Sequence record: OY978111.1
Length of the DNA stretch: 32,000 bases
Strand: one strand, 5' to 3'
A program made the position numbers and the translations under genes. Each line of letters begins with the position of its first letter. The stretch's first letter is position 1. Positions 29,201 to 32,000 of the stretch are shown one piece after another. The notes under the pieces are model-generated. The model saw nothing but the letters and a program-made list of their open reading frames with translations, made no database searches and was not told where the DNA came from.

Positions 29201-30433
29201 CAGTTTTCTACTGAATTACAAAATACTTTACGAGGGGCTGCTTTTGAAGAAGCGAAGTGGATTTCTCCTGCTCATTTATGGAAAGCTCGTGCTATCATAA
29301 AAAATATCTATGATCATCCACATAAACACGTCCAATTTCAGAATGTATCAACTACTTATTCCCGTGGAATAAGTGTTTTTCAATATCAATTAGCAACATT
29401 TAAGAACCCTAAAAAATTTAACTTTACACCAGGATACCAAAATTGGATTTCCCCAATTCAACCATTTACTCAAGGTCTTGTTAAAATTCATACTTCTGGC
29501 GAGTTTCTTTTAAAAACTCAAACAACTCGGGGGACTTCTTTGAGTCTTCTTCGAAAAGATGATCTGTTGACGTTAAAAACAGATACATCTCAATTTTCAA
29601 AACTAGGAAGTCTTATTCGTTGGGGTGAAGAAATTGAACCTGGTAAAGCGTGCGAGTATAATGGTCAGGTAGTTAAAAAAACTACGAATACTTTAACATT
29701 GCGGTTAGGAAGTCCCTTCCTAGCACCCTTACGATGTATTCTACACGTATCGCAAAATACATTAGTTCAAAAAAATGACTTATTAATCACACTCAAATCT
29801 CGACAATTACAAACCGAAGATATTGTTCAAGGTATCCCGAAAATTGAACAACTTTTTGAAGCTCGTGAAAGTCTCAGTGGGGAAATTCTCTCAGATACCG
29901 TTCATATTCGATTAAAAAATGCGTATAAACGTGAACTAGAAACCCTTAATCTTACGACTCATTGGTCTATTGCTGTTGAAAAAAGTTTTTTAGAAGCCCA
30001 ACATTTTTTGGTTGAACAAATTCTTGATGCCTATGAAACTCAAGGAGTTAAAATTTCAGAAAAACATGTTGAAGTTATCGTTCGGCAGATGACAAATCGG
30101 GTCAGAATTTTAGATCCTGGTGAAACAGGGCTTCTTGAAGGTGAAGTAGTTCAACATACATGGATCAAGAAATTTAACCAACAGATTCGCGGCATGGGCT
30201 TACGTGAAGCTATGTATGAACCGCTCGTGCTTGGTATTAGTAAAAGCGTTTTACAGTCAGAAAGTTTTTTACTTGCCGCAAGTTTTCAAGAAGTAAGTCG
30301 CGTACTAGTTCGAAGTGCTTTAAGTAAAAAACGAGATTTTTTACACGGATTACATGAAAATGTCATTATTGGTCAAATGATTCCAGCAGGAACCGGTTTA
30401 ATTTCTCAAGGGAGTTCAAAATTTCTTTCGTAA
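26261..30433 (+). CDS. rpoC2: RNA polymerase beta'' subunit
   Basis: This ORF is 1390 aa long. The N-terminus has ..[28 protein letters not shown].. and ..[22 protein letters not shown]... The C-terminus has ..[16 protein letters not shown].., ..[10 protein letters not shown].. and ..[17 protein letters not shown]... Confidence 0.97.
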   Translation: [1390 protein letters not shown]

Positions 30434-30458
30434 AAAAAACATTAATAAAATTATTACT

Positions 30459-30490
30459 CGTCTTTGACCGGCAATGACCGCAATTAATCG
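30459..30490 (+). repeat. SDR-X copy with internal duplication, immediately followed by SDR-C
   Basis: The sequence is cgtctttgaccggcaatgaccgcaattaatcg. The X-then-C order and orientation are the same as at 5047-5145. Confidence 0.7.
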
Positions 30491-30492
30491 AG

Positions 30493-30530
30493 TCAACGAT
30501 TGCATTGGGCGGCGAAGCCGCCAATCATGC
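30493..30530 (-). repeat. SDR-C copy (38 nt, inverted relative to 969-1006) after rpoC2
   Basis: The reverse complement is gcatgattggcggcttcgccgcccaatgcaatcgttga. Two of the 3 differences fall in the hairpin loop (gta versus ttc). Confidence 0.9.
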
Positions 30531-30577
30531 ACAGCATCCATTATTTTAGATTTAAGTTAGAAAAAGTCTAAATTAGA

Positions 30578-30609
30578 CTTGGGTGTGAAGTAATTTTTTC
30601 ACACCCAAG
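30578..30609. terminator. 12-bp perfect stem-loop in the rpoC2/psaB convergent spacer
   Basis: The arm cttgggtgtgaa (30578-30589) pairs with ttcacacccaag (30598-30609) around an 8-nt loop. An adjacent 7-bp hairpin, aagtcta-aat-tagactt, lies at 30564-30580. Confidence 0.55.
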
Positions 30610-30686
30610 TAAATTAGGTAATAAGTTATTATATTTTGATTTTTAGTTCTTCGGTAAAGTATTTTGAAGAAGTACTTTATTATGTC

Positions 30687-30715
30687 CCTCTTTCTCCGGT
30701 TTGAGGAGAAAGAGG
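30687..30715. terminator. 11-bp perfect stem-loop in the rpoC2/psaB convergent spacer
   Basis: The arm cctctttctcc (30687-30697), the loop ggtttga and the arm ggagaaagagg (30705-30715) form the stem. It lies about 100 nt downstream of the psaB stop on the minus strand. Confidence 0.55.
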
Positions 30716-30816
30716 TAGAATTCAACGCGAAAAAAAATCAAGGCTAGCAAAGCTGTCGCTTGCGGTTTTACCGCCAAGGTAAACCCGGTTTTTATGTATC
30801 GAAATGACGCATTAGA

Positions 30817-32000
30817 TTAACCGAATTTGCCTGAAGTTGAAGCAATTAAAAATGCTGCATACGTGAGAACATAACCAGCTGAGAAATGAGCAAGACCTAC
30901 TAAACGAGCTTGTACAATAGAAAGAGCAACTGGTTTGTCTTTCCAACGTACAAGATTTGCTAATGGTGTACGCTCATGCGCCCATGCTAGTGTTTCAATA
31001 AGCTCTTGCCAGTATCCACGCCATGAAATAAGGAACATGAATCCTGTGGCATAGATTAAATGGCCAAAAAGGAACATCCAAGCCCAAACAGAAAGACTAT
31101 TCATCCCAAACGGATTATATCCATTAATTAATTGACTTGAATTCAACCATAAATAGTCACGTAACCATCCCATAATGTATGTTGAAGATTCGTTGAACTG
31201 ATTTACATTGCCTTGCCAAATACCAAGGTGTTTCCAGTGGAAATAGAATGTAACCCAACCAATTGTGTTTAACATCCAAAATACAGCTAGATAGAATGCA
31301 TCCCAAGCAGAAATATCACAAGTACCGCCACGGCCTGGTCCATCACATGGGAAACTATAGCCAAAATCTTTTTTATCAGGCATAAGTTTTGAACCACGTG
31401 CATCTAAAGCACCTTTTACAAGAATAAGTGTTGTAGTATGTAAACCAAGTGCAATTGCATGATGAACTAAGAAATCGCCAGGGCCAATTGTTAAGAACAA
31501 CGAATTACTGTCATTATTAATCGCTTGAAGCCAACCCGGTAACCAAATATTTTGTCCAGCAACACTTGCTGCACTTCCTGATGCAGAAAGTAAATAATCG
31601 AAACCATATACAGTTTTTCCATGCGAAGCTTGGATCCATTGCGCAAAAACAGGCTCAATAAGAATTTGTTTTTCCGGTGTTCCAAATGCTTGCATAACAT
31701 CATTATGTACGTAAAGACCTAATGTATGGAATCCTAAAAACAAACTTACCCAGCTTAAATGTGAAATAATCGCTTCTTTATGTTCCAGCATTCGGGCTAA
31801 AACATTTCCACGGTTTGTTTCTGGATCATAGTCACGAACAAAGAAAATAGCACCGTGAGCAAAAGCTCCACACATGATAAAACCGGCAATATATTGGTGA
31901 TGAGTATATAAAGCCGCTTGTGTTGTAAAATCTTGTGCTAAGAACGCATAAGGAGGCAGCGAGTAGATATGCTGAGCAACCATTGAACAAATTGTTCCGA
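30817..32000 (-). CDS. psaB: Photosystem I P700 apoprotein A2, C-terminal ~394 codons (5' part beyond the right edge)
   Basis: The sequence ...[37 protein letters not shown]...[29 protein letters not shown]...[10 protein letters not shown] contains the FX cysteine motif and ends with the PsaB-type C-terminus. The frame is open to position 32000. Confidence 0.97.
   Translation of the reverse strand, partial: GTICSMVAQHIYSLPPYAFLAQDFTTQAALYTHHQYIAGFIMCGAFAHGAIFFVRDYDPETNRGNVLARMLEHKEAIISHLSWVSLFLGFHTLGLYVHNDVMQAFGTPEKQILIEPVFAQWIQASHGKTVYGFDYLLSASGSAASVAGQNIWLPGWLQAINNDSNSLFLTIGPGDFLVHHAIALGLHTTTLILVKGALDARGSKLMPDKKDFGYSFPCDGPGRGGTCDISAWDAFYLAVFWMLNTIGWVTFYFHWKHLGIWQGNVNQFNESSTYIMGWLRDYLWLNSSQLINGYNPFGMNSLSVWAWMFLFGHLIYATGFMFLISWRGYWQELIETLAWAHERTPLANLVRWKDKPVALSIVQARLVGLAHFSAGYVLTYAAFLIASTSGKFG

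Noticed and set aside
21929-30759. The shared motif (a/g)cagcaaagctg(c/t)c in the rpoB insertion (21929-21944), rpoC2 (28665-28680) and the intergenic patch 30743-30759, considered as evidence for SDR invasion of rpo genes.
   Set aside because: The exact matches are only ~12 nt. By rough estimate, on the order of a hundred 12-mer coincidences are expected among all position pairs in a 32-kb window on both strands, so this is not significant on its own.

Overview
This window is a gene-dense stretch of a green-algal (chlorophyte) plastid genome. The lineage call rests on tufA, minD, chlL/chlN and ccsA being plastid-encoded, and on rps12, petB, petD, clpP and rpoC1 being uninterrupted. I can support 23 protein genes: tufA (cut by the left edge), rps7, rps12, psaJ, rps18, rpl20, psbM, psbH, psbN, psbT, psbB, ccsA, chlL, chlN, minD, rbcL, petD, petB, clpP, rpoB, rpoC1, rpoC2 and psaB (cut by the right edge). 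There are also 10 tRNA genes, including trnL(UAA) split by its classical ORF-less group I intron, and a set of stem-loops just 3' of genes. I see no rRNA, CRISPR array, transposase, homing-endonuclease ORF or unassigned conserved ORF. Every other sizeable track ORF is antisense to a known gene, overlaps tRNAs, or lies in repeat-derived sequence. I therefore find no evidence for a novel multi-gene system. The unusual part is the roughly 24% of the window that is non-coding. It is filled with GC-rich short dispersed repeats (SDRs) in an otherwise AT-rich genome. These fall into at least five families (here SDR-A, B, C, X, E), several built around the heptamer GCGAAGC/GCTTCGC, which I count about 21 times. 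Copies sit preferentially at cistron boundaries and occur in both orientations. Other points worth a second look are psbH lying on the strand opposite psbB (the canonical psbB operon is broken), lineage-specific insertions in rpoB and rpoC1, a GC-rich palindrome inside rpoC2, a 28-nt perfect palindrome after chlN, and an initiator-like tRNA-Met with a paired 1:72 position. All similarity statements come from reading the sequence by eye and from memory of the protein and tRNA families. No database search was possible.
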